A DNA stretch of 64,000 nucleotides from assembly GCA_964472415.1 (NCBI GenBank), contig CAYYLC010000001.1:239194-303193 (forward strand). The letters are read 5' to 3'. The stretch is from an uncultured Gammaproteobacteria bacterium (GTDB taxonomy: Bacteria; Patescibacteriota; Microgenomatia; Levybacterales; GWA1-39-11). A model generated the notes under the pieces. That model ran no database searches. It was not told where the DNA came from and worked only from the letters and a program-made list of their open reading frames with translations. This document shows, one piece after another, positions 22,428 through 33,146 of the stretch (within the stretch, counting starts at the first letter, position 1; the number at the start of each line of letters is the position of its first letter). Both the position numbers and the translations under genes were made by a program.

Positions 22428-23168
22428 TTAATGCCCACCTCCTTCCGAATGTGGCGTGCTTAACACAGCCATAAATACCATTGTAAGCATCGAGAATACA
22501 AGCGCTTGTACAAATGCAATTATTGTTTCTAGCATAACAAAAGGAAGCGGTGCAAGAAATGCAAATAATCCAGAAATTGTTACTAGGACTACCTCTCCTG
22601 CAAATATATTACCAAAAAGTCTGAAAGAAAGTGAGACTATTTTTACAAACTCTAAAACGAATTCTAAAATTCCAATAAATAAGTTCACTGGATTAAACGA
22701 TAAAAACTTTTTGGTGTATTCTACAGCTCCTAAAATATTGATACTGAGAAAATGAGTTGCCACGACTGAAACAGTTCCCAGTGCAAGAGTCATGTTGAAA
22801 TCTGTAGTTGCTGCTCGAAATAGCGGGATAATTGCGTGATTATCATGATGGTGGTCTACAATACCAAATGCTGTGATTCCAGGTAGTAATCCGAAAAGAT
22901 TTGTTACTGCAATAACAATAAAAAATGTTGCAAACCATGGAAAAATTTTCATAGCTCGACTTCCGGATATTTGCTCGGTGAGAGAGTAGAAATAGAGGAG
23001 GATAGGCTCTATGAAGGACTGTGTTCCGGTAGGTGCGGTTGTGATTCGGCGAGCAAAAACATAGAGCATGATGAGCAGAACTGCATCAACTGCAATAGTT
23101 GCAAGTATCGTATTAGTAACTGGAAACCCAGCTAGCTCTGTTATAAGTTCTGGTTGTAATGAGGCCAT
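22428..23168 (-). CDS. atpB: ATP synthase Fo a subunit
   Basis: Polytopic 246-aa protein with the conserved Arg region LSFRLFGNIFAGE. Confidence 0.9.
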   Translation of the reverse strand: MASLQPELITELAGFPVTNTILATIAVDAVLLIMLYVFARRITTAPTGTQSFIEPILLYFYSLTEQISGSRAMKIFPWFATFFIVIAVTNLFGLLPGITAFGIVDHHHDNHAIIPLFRAATTDFNMTLALGTVSVVATHFLSINILGAVEYTKKFLSFNPVNLFIGILEFVLEFVKIVSLSFRLFGNIFAGEVVLVTISGLFAFLAPLPFVMLETIIAFVQALVFSMLTMVFMAVLSTPHSEGGGH

Positions 23169-23234
23169 ATAAAAGATATATTTATGAGCTTACAGAATGC
23201 CCTTATTGTAAACAAGTAAGAAATAATAGTCAAC

Positions 23235-26200
23235 CTAGTTGATGATGCGGAGACTATTTACGAGAATTACTGGGTGGTCTTCCTTTCTATCTATTTTTCC
23301 TTCAACGGAAAGAATTGCATCAATATTAAGAAGCTCTTTGTCACGAGCAAAAACTTTTGGGAAGATAACACATTCTATGGTTGCTCCAGCATGGTCCTCA
23401 ATAGTCGCAAATGCCATTTCTTCATTTCTTCGCTTGGTAAATATTTTTTTAACTTGTGTAACAAGGCCACCTACTCTGACGCCAGATCCGTCCTTTACTT
23501 CAGAAAGTTCATTGATTCTATGTGTAGAAATAGAAAAAAGGTTTCCAAGTTTTTGATTCAATGGATGATCAGTAAGGAAGAATCCTAATAGCTCTCGTTC
23601 AAATACTAATTTTTCTTTTGGGGAAAAATCATCAATATTGTCATATGCTTTCATGTCAAAGTGTAGCGTGCTTTCGTCGGGCAAGTCTTCAAAAAGACTG
23701 TCTTGATTGAGGTTTACCTTCTTCATCCTTTTGTTGACCGTGTCAACAATTTCATTCATGGCGGTAAGCATTTTTGCTCTATTTCCAAATTCATCAAAAG
23801 CCCCTGCTTTTATGAGGCTTTCAATGGTTTTTCTATTTACTTTTGAAAGCTCTACACGGCTCGCAAAATCCATAAGATTTTCAAATGGCTTATTGCTTCT
23901 CGCTCCAAGGATGGATGTGATTGCTGCTTCACCAACATTTTTAATTGCACTCAGTCCGAAGCGAATATTTAAATGATTTTCTATAGAAAATTCTGACTCA
24001 GATTTATTGACTGAGGGAGATAGTACATTAATTTTGAGTCGTTTACATTCAGCAATAGCCTCTGCCATTTTTTCATTCTTTGAAGGCCCAGTGCTTCCTC
24101 GAGATTCAGCAGTGAGAAGTGCTGTCATAAACTCTACACTATAATTTGCTTTTAGATATGCTGTTCTATATGCAATTGTTGCATAGCAGGCAGCATGTGC
24201 TTTATTAAATCCATATCCGGCAAATGGTGCAATTAGGTCAAATAATTCTTCTCCTTGCTTTTTTGTGAGACCATTTTTAATGGTGCCTGCTACGAATTTG
24301 TCCCGCTGGATTTTCATTTCTGATGGAATTTTTTTTCCTACAGCCTTTCGTAATTTGTCTGCGTCGAGCCATGAGAATCCCGCAACTTCTATCGCGGTTA
24401 ACAGTACGTCATCTTGAAAAGTGAGGATTCCGTAGGATGGCTTCAGAATGTGCTCAAGTCTTGGATCTGGGTAAGTAATCTTGCTTGGATCATTTTTGCG
24501 GGCAATAAAGTCTGGGATATTTGCCATTGGTCCAGGCCTATAGAGTGCGACCATTGCCATAAGATCAAAGATTGAAGTTGGCTTGAGTTCTTTAATATAT
24601 CGTCTCATTCCCGCAGACTCAAGTTGGAATATGCCGGTGTTTTCTCCAGAGGACAACAGTTCATAGGTGTTCTTGTCATCAAGGGGAACTGTTGAAAAAT
24701 CTACTATTTCTTCACGATTTTCTTTAATAAAACGAAGTGCTTCTTGAATAATGGTAAGATTTCTCAGTCCAAGGAAATCCATCTTCAGGAGTCCAACACC
24801 ATCTTCTCCTACTGTGTACATGTCGTATTGGGTAATGATTTTTCCTCCTCGAGATTCTCTTTGAAGTGGCGTGTATTCAGTAATATCTTTATCAGCAATA
24901 ACCACTCCTGCTGCGTGAACTGATGCGTGACGAGCTACTCCTTCAAGTTTTTGGGCAAGATCTATCAGTTTTTTTGTTTCCGGTTCTGTTTTGTATGCAG
25001 CTTTTAAATCTGGACTTTGAGAGAGCGCATTGTTTAATGTCATCGCGTGTCCTTGCCAGCCTGGAGGAATCATTTTAGAAATTCTATCTGGAGCAGAGTA
25101 TGGCATGCCGAGTGCACGACCTGTATCACGGACTGACCCCTTGGCCTCCATCGTACCAAAAGTGATAATTTGCGCCACTTTGTCACGTCCATATTTCTCT
25201 GTAACGTAATTTATGACCTCATCGCGTTTAATGTCTGCAAAATCCAGATCAATATCAGGTGCAGATGGCCTTTCGGGATTGAGAAATCTTTCAAACGGGA
25301 GTTTGAAATAAAACGGATCAACGTCTGTGATTTTTAGAATATAAGAAATAACTGATCCTGCTGCAGATCCTCTTCCGGGACCGACTGATATCCCATTATC
25401 TTTGGCCCAATTAACAAAATCTGCAACTACTAAAAAATATGTGTCATACCCTTTTTTACGGATAACTGATAGTTCATAGTCAACACGTTCTCTAATTTCA
25501 GGAGTTATTTCTTTATAGCGCTCATTGATTTTCTCGTCAATAAGTTGTTTGAGATATTCTGTGGGGGTAAGCCCTTCTGGGACTTCAAATTTAGGCATGA
25601 TCCATTTCCCCAGTTCTATTTCTATATTACATCGCTGTGCAATTTTGAGTGTGTTTTCAACCGCTTCGGGAATATCGATGAAAAGATTTTTCATCTCATC
25701 TCCTGATTTGATGTAGAAGTCTGGTGAGTCAAGCATCGAAAGTCCACGGTTTGGTGTGTCAATTGTTTTTTGAGTTCCGATGCAGAGTAAAATTTCTTGC
25801 GCTTCTGCATCATCATTATTTATGTAATGGTTATCATTTGTTGCAACGAGTGGAATGCCATCGCGCTTTGAAATCTCAATCATTTTTTGATTCAGCTCTT
25901 CTTGACGTGGAACCTTTAAGTGTCTTTGGATTTCTAGATAGAGCCTATCATTATCAAATATTTCTTTTAAGTTTTTTAGCCTTTTTTCTGCTTCTTCTTC
26001 TTTCCCATTCAACAGTGGATCAGCAATATATCCATTGAGGCAAGCAGTTAGACAAATAAGTCCTTCGTTATATTTTTTTAAAAGTTCTATATCGCATCGA
26101 GGTTTATAATAGTATCCTTCCAGATGTGAAATGGAAATAATTTTCATTAAATTTTTATATCCTTGTAGGTTTTCTGCGAGGAGAATTAAATGATTGTAAT

Positions 26201-26453
26201 CTTTATCTACGCCTGCTTCTTTATCGTGTAGAGATCGAGGTGCCATGTAAATCTCGCATCCGATTATGGGTTTTATCTCATATTTCTTACAAATCTGAAA
26301 AAATCTAATTGCACCATATAGATTTCCGTGATCAGTTATTGCAATTGACGACATTCCCAGCTCTTTTGCTTTCATGACCATGAGCTCAACCTTTGAAAGC
26401 CCATCGAGCAGTGAATATTCTGAATGGTTATGTAAGTGCGCAAAATCCGTCAT
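23235..26453 (-). CDS. dnaE: DNA polymerase III alpha subunit
   Basis: N-terminal PHP domain FAHLHNHSEYSLLDG, palm/fingers regions; 1072 aa. Confidence 0.95.
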   Translation of the reverse strand: MTDFAHLHNHSEYSLLDGLSKVELMVMKAKELGMSSIAITDHGNLYGAIRFFQICKKYEIKPIIGCEIYMAPRSLHDKEAGVDKDYNHLILLAENLQGYKNLMKIISISHLEGYYYKPRCDIELLKKYNEGLICLTACLNGYIADPLLNGKEEEAEKRLKNLKEIFDNDRLYLEIQRHLKVPRQEELNQKMIEISKRDGIPLVATNDNHYINNDDAEAQEILLCIGTQKTIDTPNRGLSMLDSPDFYIKSGDEMKNLFIDIPEAVENTLKIAQRCNIEIELGKWIMPKFEVPEGLTPTEYLKQLIDEKINERYKEITPEIRERVDYELSVIRKKGYDTYFLVVADFVNWAKDNGISVGPGRGSAAGSVISYILKITDVDPFYFKLPFERFLNPERPSAPDIDLDFADIKRDEVINYVTEKYGRDKVAQIITFGTMEAKGSVRDTGRALGMPYSAPDRISKMIPPGWQGHAMTLNNALSQSPDLKAAYKTEPETKKLIDLAQKLEGVARHASVHAAGVVIADKDITEYTPLQRESRGGKIITQYDMYTVGEDGVGLLKMDFLGLRNLTIIQEALRFIKENREEIVDFSTVPLDDKNTYELLSSGENTGIFQLESAGMRRYIKELKPTSIFDLMAMVALYRPGPMANIPDFIARKNDPSKITYPDPRLEHILKPSYGILTFQDDVLLTAIEVAGFSWLDADKLRKAVGKKIPSEMKIQRDKFVAGTIKNGLTKKQGEELFDLIAPFAGYGFNKAHAACYATIAYRTAYLKANYSVEFMTALLTAESRGSTGPSKNEKMAEAIAECKRLKINVLSPSVNKSESEFSIENHLNIRFGLSAIKNVGEAAITSILGARSNKPFENLMDFASRVELSKVNRKTIESLIKAGAFDEFGNRAKMLTAMNEIVDTVNKRMKKVNLNQDSLFEDLPDESTLHFDMKAYDNIDDFSPKEKLVFERELLGFFLTDHPLNQKLGNLFSISTHRINELSEVKDGSGVRVGGLVTQVKKIFTKRRNEEMAFATIEDHAGATIECVIFPKVFARDKELLNIDAILSVEGKIDRKEDHPVILVNSLRIIN

Positions 26454-26522
26454 GATTTCAGTATCGTAGTTCTCTTTTTTTGAAGTTTTTTATCCCTTGC
26501 GAAGAGTATGATCACCGTTGGA

Positions 26523-27851
26523 TCATTGTAGCATTTCGGTAAGTTTTTTTCTAATCTGTTCTGTATCTTTTGCTTCTGGAAGTTTTCGTTTTACCATTCC
26601 TATCAAAAAACCAATTACCTGTATTTTTCCTGACTGATAGTCAGTAACTGCCTGAGGATTTTCTTCACGTACTTTTTTAATCGTGTCCTCCAAAAGCTTG
26701 TCGTCAATTTGTTTTACTGTGCTTTCTGTAATGATTTGTCTCAGGAGGGATGCAGGGAGAATATCTTTTATTTTCGGCTTCTTGTTGATTATATGGCTTG
26801 CTATTTTTTGTGCTGATATATCGTGTTCGCGGCCTATCTCTATGACCTCTTCGAAGTAGTTTGCAAGCTCTATCTTTCGAGTTAAAATTTCAGCATCATA
26901 TTTTTTGATTTGATACTTATTCGTAAAGCGCTTAATTTTATCATCCTGCAATTCCGGAATTTCAGATTTAATTTTTTCGATCTGTTCGTTAGAAAGTTTT
27001 ATTGGAGGAATGTCGGGTTCTGGGAAGTATCTATAATCATGTGCTTCTTCTTTCGATCTTTGAGATATTGTTTTACTTTTAAATTCATTCCAGCCACGAG
27101 TCTCTTGAATAGGCGTTTCTTTTTTATCAAGCAATTCCTTATGTCTCTTCTCTTCATATTCGATAGCTTTTTCTACAAATCGAAATGAATTAATATTTTT
27201 AACTTCCACTTTATAATTCGGAAGACTTGCTTCTCCAACCTTTCTTAAGGAGATATTTGGTTCAAGTCTCATATGTCCCTTTTCCATATCCGCATCGGAA
27301 ACATTCAAATACTTAATGATTCTTTGGAGCTTTGTGAGAAATTCTTTTGCTTCTTCTCCAGATCTAATATCTGGTTCAGTCACTATTTCGACGAGTGGCA
27401 CGCCTGACCGATTAAAATCAATGAGTGAAACTTCATTTCCATTTACATTTGCGTGGGTGAGTTTTCCAGTGTCTTCCTCCATGTGTACTCGTGTTATTCC
27501 GATAGATTTTTTTTGGCCATTTATTTCTATTTCCAATTTCCCGTTTTTCCCAAAGGGATGTAAAAATTGACTTGTTTGAAAACCTTTTGAAAGATCTGGA
27601 TAGAAATAATTCTTTCTTTCAAAAAATGAATCAGTGTTTATCGTGCATCCCAAAGCAAGTGCGATTTTAATACAATTTTCGATAGCACTTTGGTTAGTAA
27701 ATGGAAGTGCTCCAGGAAGCCCCAGACATACTGGGCATGTGTTTGAGTTCGGTTTATCAGAAAGAGTTGAAAGTTCACATCTGCAAAACATCTTGCTTTT
27801 TGTAGAGAGTTCTACATGAATTTCTAATCCTACTATTGTTTCATACTTCAT
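26523..27851 (-). CDS. gatB: Asp/Glu-tRNA amidotransferase subunit B
   Basis: MKYETIVGLEIHVEL, a Cys cluster and the GatB core; 442 aa, slightly short at the C-terminus. Confidence 0.9.
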   Translation of the reverse strand: MKYETIVGLEIHVELSTKSKMFCRCELSTLSDKPNSNTCPVCLGLPGALPFTNQSAIENCIKIALALGCTINTDSFFERKNYFYPDLSKGFQTSQFLHPFGKNGKLEIEINGQKKSIGITRVHMEEDTGKLTHANVNGNEVSLIDFNRSGVPLVEIVTEPDIRSGEEAKEFLTKLQRIIKYLNVSDADMEKGHMRLEPNISLRKVGEASLPNYKVEVKNINSFRFVEKAIEYEEKRHKELLDKKETPIQETRGWNEFKSKTISQRSKEEAHDYRYFPEPDIPPIKLSNEQIEKIKSEIPELQDDKIKRFTNKYQIKKYDAEILTRKIELANYFEEVIEIGREHDISAQKIASHIINKKPKIKDILPASLLRQIITESTVKQIDDKLLEDTIKKVREENPQAVTDYQSGKIQVIGFLIGMVKRKLPEAKDTEQIRKKLTEMLQ

Positions 27852-29272
27852 AAGTTTGGTGTTTGTTTATAGTATTCAGTTTCTTTTTCGAAATTATTTC
27901 CAATTCTAAATAATAATTTTTCAGAAAAATGAGGACCGATAAACTGCATCCCAATCGGAAGTCGATTTTTAGAAAACCCAGCAGGGACAGAAAGTGCTGG
28001 AATTCCCGCAAGATTCATGGGTACGGTAAGTGCGTCAGACAGATACATCTGAAGAGGATCATTTGTTTTTTCGTTAAACTTCCATGCAGGTGTTGGGCAG
28101 ATTGGTGCAATAAGCGCATCGACTTGAGTAAAAGCTTTTTTAAAGTCTTCTATGATAAGCGTTCGTGCCTGCATAGCCTTTTTATAATATGCATCATAAT
28201 AACCGGAAGAAAGAGTAAATGTCCCGAGCATAATTCTGCGCTTTGCTTCTTTTCCAAAAAAACTTCTATCATGCCCAAATCGCACTCCGTCATATCGAGC
28301 AAGATTAGATGAAACCTCTGAGGGTTGTATTATGTAGTACGTCGCGATGGCATATTCGGTGTGGGGAAGGGATAACTCAATAATTTCTGCACCGAGTTTT
28401 TCAAGAATTTTTATAGATCTGTTAAATGTTTCCTTTATATCTGCATTGAGGGCATCGGTTATATATTCTTTTGGAACGCCGATTTTAAGACCTTTTATTT
28501 CTTCATGTAAGCCTTTTAGGTAATCTTCCTTTTCCCGTTTCGAAACAGTGCTATCATAGCCATCATGTCCTGCGGTAGTTTGAAGAATTCGTGCAGAGTC
28601 TTCAACTGTCTTACTAAAATGTCCAATGGAATCAAGTGATGATGCCATGGCAATTACCCCGTAGCGACTTACGAGTCCATATGTAGGTTTTAGTCCTACA
28701 GTATTTGTGAAGCTTGCGGGGAGGCGTATAGATCCACCAGTATCTGTGCCAGTTGCAATAGGCACTAATGAACCTGCTACAGAGGCACCAGATCCACTTG
28801 AAGAACCGCCAGGAACGTGTTCAAAATTCCATGGATTGAGAGTATTTCCGAAGTCAGAATTTTCTCCTGATGAGCCATGCGCCCATGCGTCACAGTTTAA
28901 TTTTCCGAGTGAAATAGCACCTGCCTCTTCAAGCCGCATTACAGTAGTTGCGGAGTAGGGCGGAGTATAGTTTTCTAACAGCTTTGCACTGGCAGTCGTC
29001 TTTACTCCTTTTGTAAGGAACATATCTTTGATGCCAATAGGTATGCCATGTAATGTGTTTGTGATATCCTTTCCGTCAAGCTCTTTTGCTTTTTTGCGAG
29101 CATTTTTACTATCAATAGTAATGAACGCATTGATTTGTGGATTTAGTTTTTCTATTCTTGCAAGATAAGAGCTCACTATCTCACTTACAGAGAAATCCTT
29201 TTTCTTATAGCCATTTAAAATATCCGAGATTGTAAAATTTAATACATCCATTTTATTTATTAGTTTCGACAA
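27848..29272 (-). CDS. gatA: Asp/Glu-tRNA amidotransferase subunit A (amidase)
   Basis: Amidase signature GGSSSGSGA...GTDTGGSIRLPA with the Ser-cisSer-Lys catalytic residues. Confidence 0.93.
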   Translation of the reverse strand: MSKLINKMDVLNFTISDILNGYKKKDFSVSEIVSSYLARIEKLNPQINAFITIDSKNARKKAKELDGKDITNTLHGIPIGIKDMFLTKGVKTTASAKLLENYTPPYSATTVMRLEEAGAISLGKLNCDAWAHGSSGENSDFGNTLNPWNFEHVPGGSSSGSGASVAGSLVPIATGTDTGGSIRLPASFTNTVGLKPTYGLVSRYGVIAMASSLDSIGHFSKTVEDSARILQTTAGHDGYDSTVSKREKEDYLKGLHEEIKGLKIGVPKEYITDALNADIKETFNRSIKILEKLGAEIIELSLPHTEYAIATYYIIQPSEVSSNLARYDGVRFGHDRSFFGKEAKRRIMLGTFTLSSGYYDAYYKKAMQARTLIIEDFKKAFTQVDALIAPICPTPAWKFNEKTNDPLQMYLSDALTVPMNLAGIPALSVPAGFSKNRLPIGMQFIGPHFSEKLLFRIGNNFEKETEYYKQTPNL

Positions 29273-29543
29273 GTTTGTCTACGATGAACAATTCATTGTG
29301 TTTATTTTTTGTTTCTGCGAGCGCATCATTTTGTGATAGCGATTCATGAAGTTCTGTATCATTTCTCAAAATATTTGTAAGTCCAGTAACCTGTGCTGTA
29401 GGTTCTATTGATGAAGTATCAAGGGAGTTTAATTGTTTAATATAGGAAAGAATATTGTTAAGCTGAGTAGTAAATTCTGCTTCTTCTTCTGGTGATATTT
29501 CTAAGTTGGAGAGCTTAGCTATTTTTTTTACATCAATTTTCAT
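29253..29543 (-). CDS. gatC: Asp/Glu-tRNA amidotransferase subunit C
   Basis: 96 aa; IDVKKIAKLSNLEISPEE is the GatC N-terminus, and the gene sits immediately upstream of gatA. Confidence 0.8.
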   Translation of the reverse strand: MKIDVKKIAKLSNLEISPEEEAEFTTQLNNILSYIKQLNSLDTSSIEPTAQVTGLTNILRNDTELHESLSQNDALAETKNKHNELFIVDKLVETNK

Positions 29544-29581
29544 GAGTTGATTATATAATTTTGAGGCTAATTAAACAACCG

Positions 29582-30373
29582 CTAATATGCGATATTCATG
29601 CGTTTCAAAATCTTCATTTTCGCCAAATGTGCAAACGAATCATCAATTTTTTTTAGAGAAAGATTTTGTCCATATTTCTTTCTGTATGCTTTCTCTATAA
29701 GATAGTCTGCAAGTTCTGGATTACTTGGAAGGATAGGGCCGTGGAGATATGTGCCGATTGCATTCATGTAATGAATTCCTTCTGTTTTGTCTTTTCCATT
29801 ATTTCCAAATCCATTTATCACAGATCCAAACATGAGTGATTTGTCTGAAATATATGTTCGCCCACCATGGTTCTCAAATCCTACTAAGAACGATGATGTT
29901 GATTGATTTCCAGAGAAAATTTTTGGTTTTATTACTGTCGTGCCAACGAGCCTCGTTTTATCAATTGGGGATTCAGTATACATATTAAATAATCCAATGC
30001 CATTTATTTTCTTTCCGTATGCATCTTTATAATAATTTCCTAAAATTTGGTACGCTCCACAAATAAATAAACCTGGAATGTTATCTTCTATCATTTTAGA
30101 AATTACTGTCCCTTTATTTTTTAGTAAGTCTTTTTGTACAATTTCTTGTTGAATATCTTGGGCACCTCCCATAAATAGTAAATCTACAGAATTAAGAGTT
30201 GAAGATCCAGAGTTATGATTTATTCTCGCGATATTAGCTTTTACTCCATGCCATTCGATACGTTTTTGAAGGACCATAACATTTCCCCGATCTCCATATG
30301 TAGACATTAGTTCAGGATAGAGCCAGCCTATCGTGAGGTGTGGGTTGTGCAGTGATCGTTTATTGTTTTTCAT
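29582..30373 (-). CDS. gatD: Lipid II isoglutaminyl synthase glutaminase subunit GatD (CobB/CobQ-like GATase)
   Basis: GATase1-like with the catalytic Cys in LFICGAYQILG. Translationally coupled to the upstream MurT homolog by an ATGA overlap. Confidence 0.7.
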   Translation of the reverse strand: MKNNKRSLHNPHLTIGWLYPELMSTYGDRGNVMVLQKRIEWHGVKANIARINHNSGSSTLNSVDLLFMGGAQDIQQEIVQKDLLKNKGTVISKMIEDNIPGLFICGAYQILGNYYKDAYGKKINGIGLFNMYTESPIDKTRLVGTTVIKPKIFSGNQSTSSFLVGFENHGGRTYISDKSLMFGSVINGFGNNGKDKTEGIHYMNAIGTYLHGPILPSNPELADYLIEKAYRKKYGQNLSLKKIDDSFAHLAKMKILKRMNIAY

Positions 30374-31647
30374 AGTATACTTTTTCCAGTTAGTAGTTTC
30401 CTTACTTCAAGCATTCCGGAATACGTAGCGAGTATTGCGATAGTCTCTCCCTTCGGTGTTCTCTTTATTGCTGATTGTAGTGCCTTTTTGAGATCCTTTG
30501 AGGCATGTATATTTTTCATTCCTGCATACAAAAGCCTGTTTGACATATCATAAGTCCTGTCGCCAGAGATGGTTGTATGGGAATTTTTCCCGAGTAATTC
30601 AAAGTCCACATCCCATATCCATGATATATCACGCCCATCCGGGACCCTATCATTGAGAATAATAAGACTATGGGAGTAGTTATTGTTGCTCATAACTTTG
30701 AGCGATTCGTTAAACCCAGTCGGATTTTTTGAGAGCAATATAAGTACATTTTTACCTTGAATATCGATGATTTCTTGTCTTCCGAATGCGGGTTTAAAAT
30801 CATTTAACTTCTCTCTTGAATTTTCGGGGGCGATATTAAATATTTTTTCTGATAAAAGCACAGCTGCTGTAAGATTATAGGTATTAAATGATCCTTTTAA
30901 GGTAGTTTTAATATCTATGTTCAGTGCTTTTGGGTTTTTGAAGCCACATTTCGGACATGAAAAATTTCCGATGTGTGAATACGCGATTCTAGAGTAGGTA
31001 AGCTCGCTCTGACAGTTTGGGCAGAGTGTGGAGTCGATTGCGTGAGAGAGACTTTTTTCGGTTTTCAGTTTGTTTGGGATAGTAAAGTAGTGCACTCTTT
31101 TTTGTTTTGTGATTTTTACAATCTGCGGATCGTCAGCATTTGCAATCAACAGTGTATTTTCGGTTTTTTGAAGAGCATTCTCCCATTTCTCTGCGATGGT
31201 GTTAATTTCTCCAAAGCGGTCTAGCTGGTCTCTAAAAAGATTTAAGAGAATAATAGCCTGTGGCTTTACTTGTTTTACTAGTTTTGGTAGAGCATTTTCA
31301 TCTACTTCGAAAAGTACTGCGTCACGTGGTATTTTTCCTTGAATATTTGCATGCTTGATAATAAGTGACGCAAATCCGTTCATAAGATTTGCACCAGCTC
31401 TATTTCTTATTACTGAGATACTATCTTCCTGGAGGATATGATTGAGTGCCTTGGTGGTGGTTGTTTTGCCATTTGTGCCAGCAATAAAAATTATTTTTAA
31501 TTGAGGATTCTTTTGGATAACATTTTTAATAAAATGTGCATTTATTTTTAGTGCTAAATGTCCGGGCCACGTGGAGGCATTTCTTCCAAGAAGCTTTGTA
31601 ATAATAAATGTAGAAATTTTTCCAATAGCAAGAGGGAGAAGTGTCAT
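30370..31647 (-). CDS. murT: Lipid II isoglutaminyl synthase ligase subunit MurT (Mur-ligase family, DUF1727)
   Basis: Mur ligase P-loop GTNGKTTTT, a Cys4 ribbon (CPNCQ...CPKCG) as in MurT, and the C-terminal DUF1727 region. Confidence 0.7.
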   Translation of the reverse strand: MTLLPLAIGKISTFIITKLLGRNASTWPGHLALKINAHFIKNVIQKNPQLKIIFIAGTNGKTTTTKALNHILQEDSISVIRNRAGANLMNGFASLIIKHANIQGKIPRDAVLFEVDENALPKLVKQVKPQAIILLNLFRDQLDRFGEINTIAEKWENALQKTENTLLIANADDPQIVKITKQKRVHYFTIPNKLKTEKSLSHAIDSTLCPNCQSELTYSRIAYSHIGNFSCPKCGFKNPKALNIDIKTTLKGSFNTYNLTAAVLLSEKIFNIAPENSREKLNDFKPAFGRQEIIDIQGKNVLILLSKNPTGFNESLKVMSNNNYSHSLIILNDRVPDGRDISWIWDVDFELLGKNSHTTISGDRTYDMSNRLLYAGMKNIHASKDLKKALQSAIKRTPKGETIAILATYSGMLEVRKLLTGKSIL

Positions 31648-31671
31648 GTGTAATTTATTATAGCAATTTCA

Positions 31672-32556
31672 TTACATCGCACGAAGCCTTTTTATACGTT
31701 CTTCAGCTGGAGGGTGTGTGCTGTAAAGATTTGTAAAAAAATTGCGAGCTTTTTTACTACTAAAAGGGTTTTGGATAAATAAATGTGCAGTTGCGTGAGA
31801 TGCATTTTTAAGATTTGGTTGTTTACTAATTTTTTCTAATGCGCTCGCCAAGCCATCAGGATATCGAGTAAGGAGTGCCCCGCTTGCGTCTGCGAGATAT
31901 TCTCTATTTCGAGAAACAGAAAGTTTTATAAGGGTTGCAGCAAGCGGTGCCAGAATCGCCGCAGCAATCGCAATTATTATCATCAATCCATTTGATTTTC
32001 TGTCATTATCTCCCCCTGAGAAAATAAGACTTCTCAGAAAAAAATCAGAAACGATGGCAATGCTTCCAGCAAGGATCGTTACCATGCTCATAACGCGAAT
32101 GTCATAATTTCTGATATGAGATAGTTCATGTGCCATAACCCCTTCAAGCTCTTGCTTATTGAGCGCTTGAAGAATCCCAGTGGTTGCAGCAACAGCACTG
32201 TGCTGTGGGTCACGTCCAGTCGCAAACGCATTCATGCCTGGGTCCTGTATTACATAGACTTTTGGCATTGGCTGGCCAAGTCCAATGGAGAGATTTTCCA
32301 CAATACTATAAAGCTGAGGATAGTGCTCCTTTTTTGCTGGTTTTGCATGAGATAGTGCAAGTGCTACCTTGTCGGAATTGTAGTATGAAATATAGGTAAC
32401 TACTCCAAAGATGATAAGAAATATTCCAAGACCTATCAATCCGAGATCAAAAAAAAGCGAGATGATGTAGCCAAATATAATAGTAAAAATGAGAAATCCA
32501 AATATAAGAAAAAATGTTTTCCTCTTATTAGAGGCTATCTGTTGATAGATATTCAT
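31672..32556 (-). CDS. htpX: Membrane zinc metalloprotease HtpX (M48)
   Basis: HELSHIRNYD is an HExxH motif within the TM topology of HtpX. Confidence 0.85.
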   Translation of the reverse strand: MNIYQQIASNKRKTFFLIFGFLIFTIIFGYIISLFFDLGLIGLGIFLIIFGVVTYISYYNSDKVALALSHAKPAKKEHYPQLYSIVENLSIGLGQPMPKVYVIQDPGMNAFATGRDPQHSAVAATTGILQALNKQELEGVMAHELSHIRNYDIRVMSMVTILAGSIAIVSDFFLRSLIFSGGDNDRKSNGLMIIIAIAAAILAPLAATLIKLSVSRNREYLADASGALLTRYPDGLASALEKISKQPNLKNASHATAHLFIQNPFSSKKARNFFTNLYSTHPPAEERIKRLRAM

Positions 32557-32560
32557 AAGA

Positions 32561-33112
32561 CTAGAAGGAGACTTTTATTGGGTCTTTCGCAGCAGGCTCT
32601 GCTTCAAAAAATTCTTGTTCTTTAAAGTTAAATTGGCCAGCAATAAAATTAGAAGGGAACATTTTTATTTTTGTGTTGTAAGACAAAACATTTGAATTAT
32701 AAAATTGTCGAGAATAAGAAATCTTGTCCTCAGTATCCGAAAGTTCCTCTTGGAGCTTTAAAAAATTTGCACTTGCCTTTAAATCTGGGTAGCCCTCTGC
32801 GACAGCAAAAAGACTCTTCAGGGTGTCAGTGACCATATTGTTCGCTCGTGCTTTTTGTTCTGGAGTTTTTGCTCCCATTAGTTCTGAGCGTGCATTTGTG
32901 ACGTTTTCAAGAAGTTGCTTTTCGTGTTTTGCGTAACCTTTTACTGTTTCAACCAGATTCGGGATCAGATCACTACGTCTTTTGAGTTGTATATCGATAC
33001 TGCTGAGTGCCTCTGTGATCCGCTCTTTCAGTGTTACTAGTTGATTATATGTAAGCCAGATGAATGCAGCTAAGATAAGAATTATGATCGCGACAGTGAT
33101 TAAAATACCCAT
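32561..33112 (-). CDS. lemA: LemA-family protein
   Basis: N-terminal TM helix plus the LemA-family conserved core. Confidence 0.75.
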   Translation of the reverse strand: MGILITVAIIILILAAFIWLTYNQLVTLKERITEALSSIDIQLKRRSDLIPNLVETVKGYAKHEKQLLENVTNARSELMGAKTPEQKARANNMVTDTLKSLFAVAEGYPDLKASANFLKLQEELSDTEDKISYSRQFYNSNVLSYNTKIKMFPSNFIAGQFNFKEQEFFEAEPAAKDPIKVSF

Positions 33113-33146
33113 AGGTAATTTTTACATAGACCAGCGGAAAAGTCAA

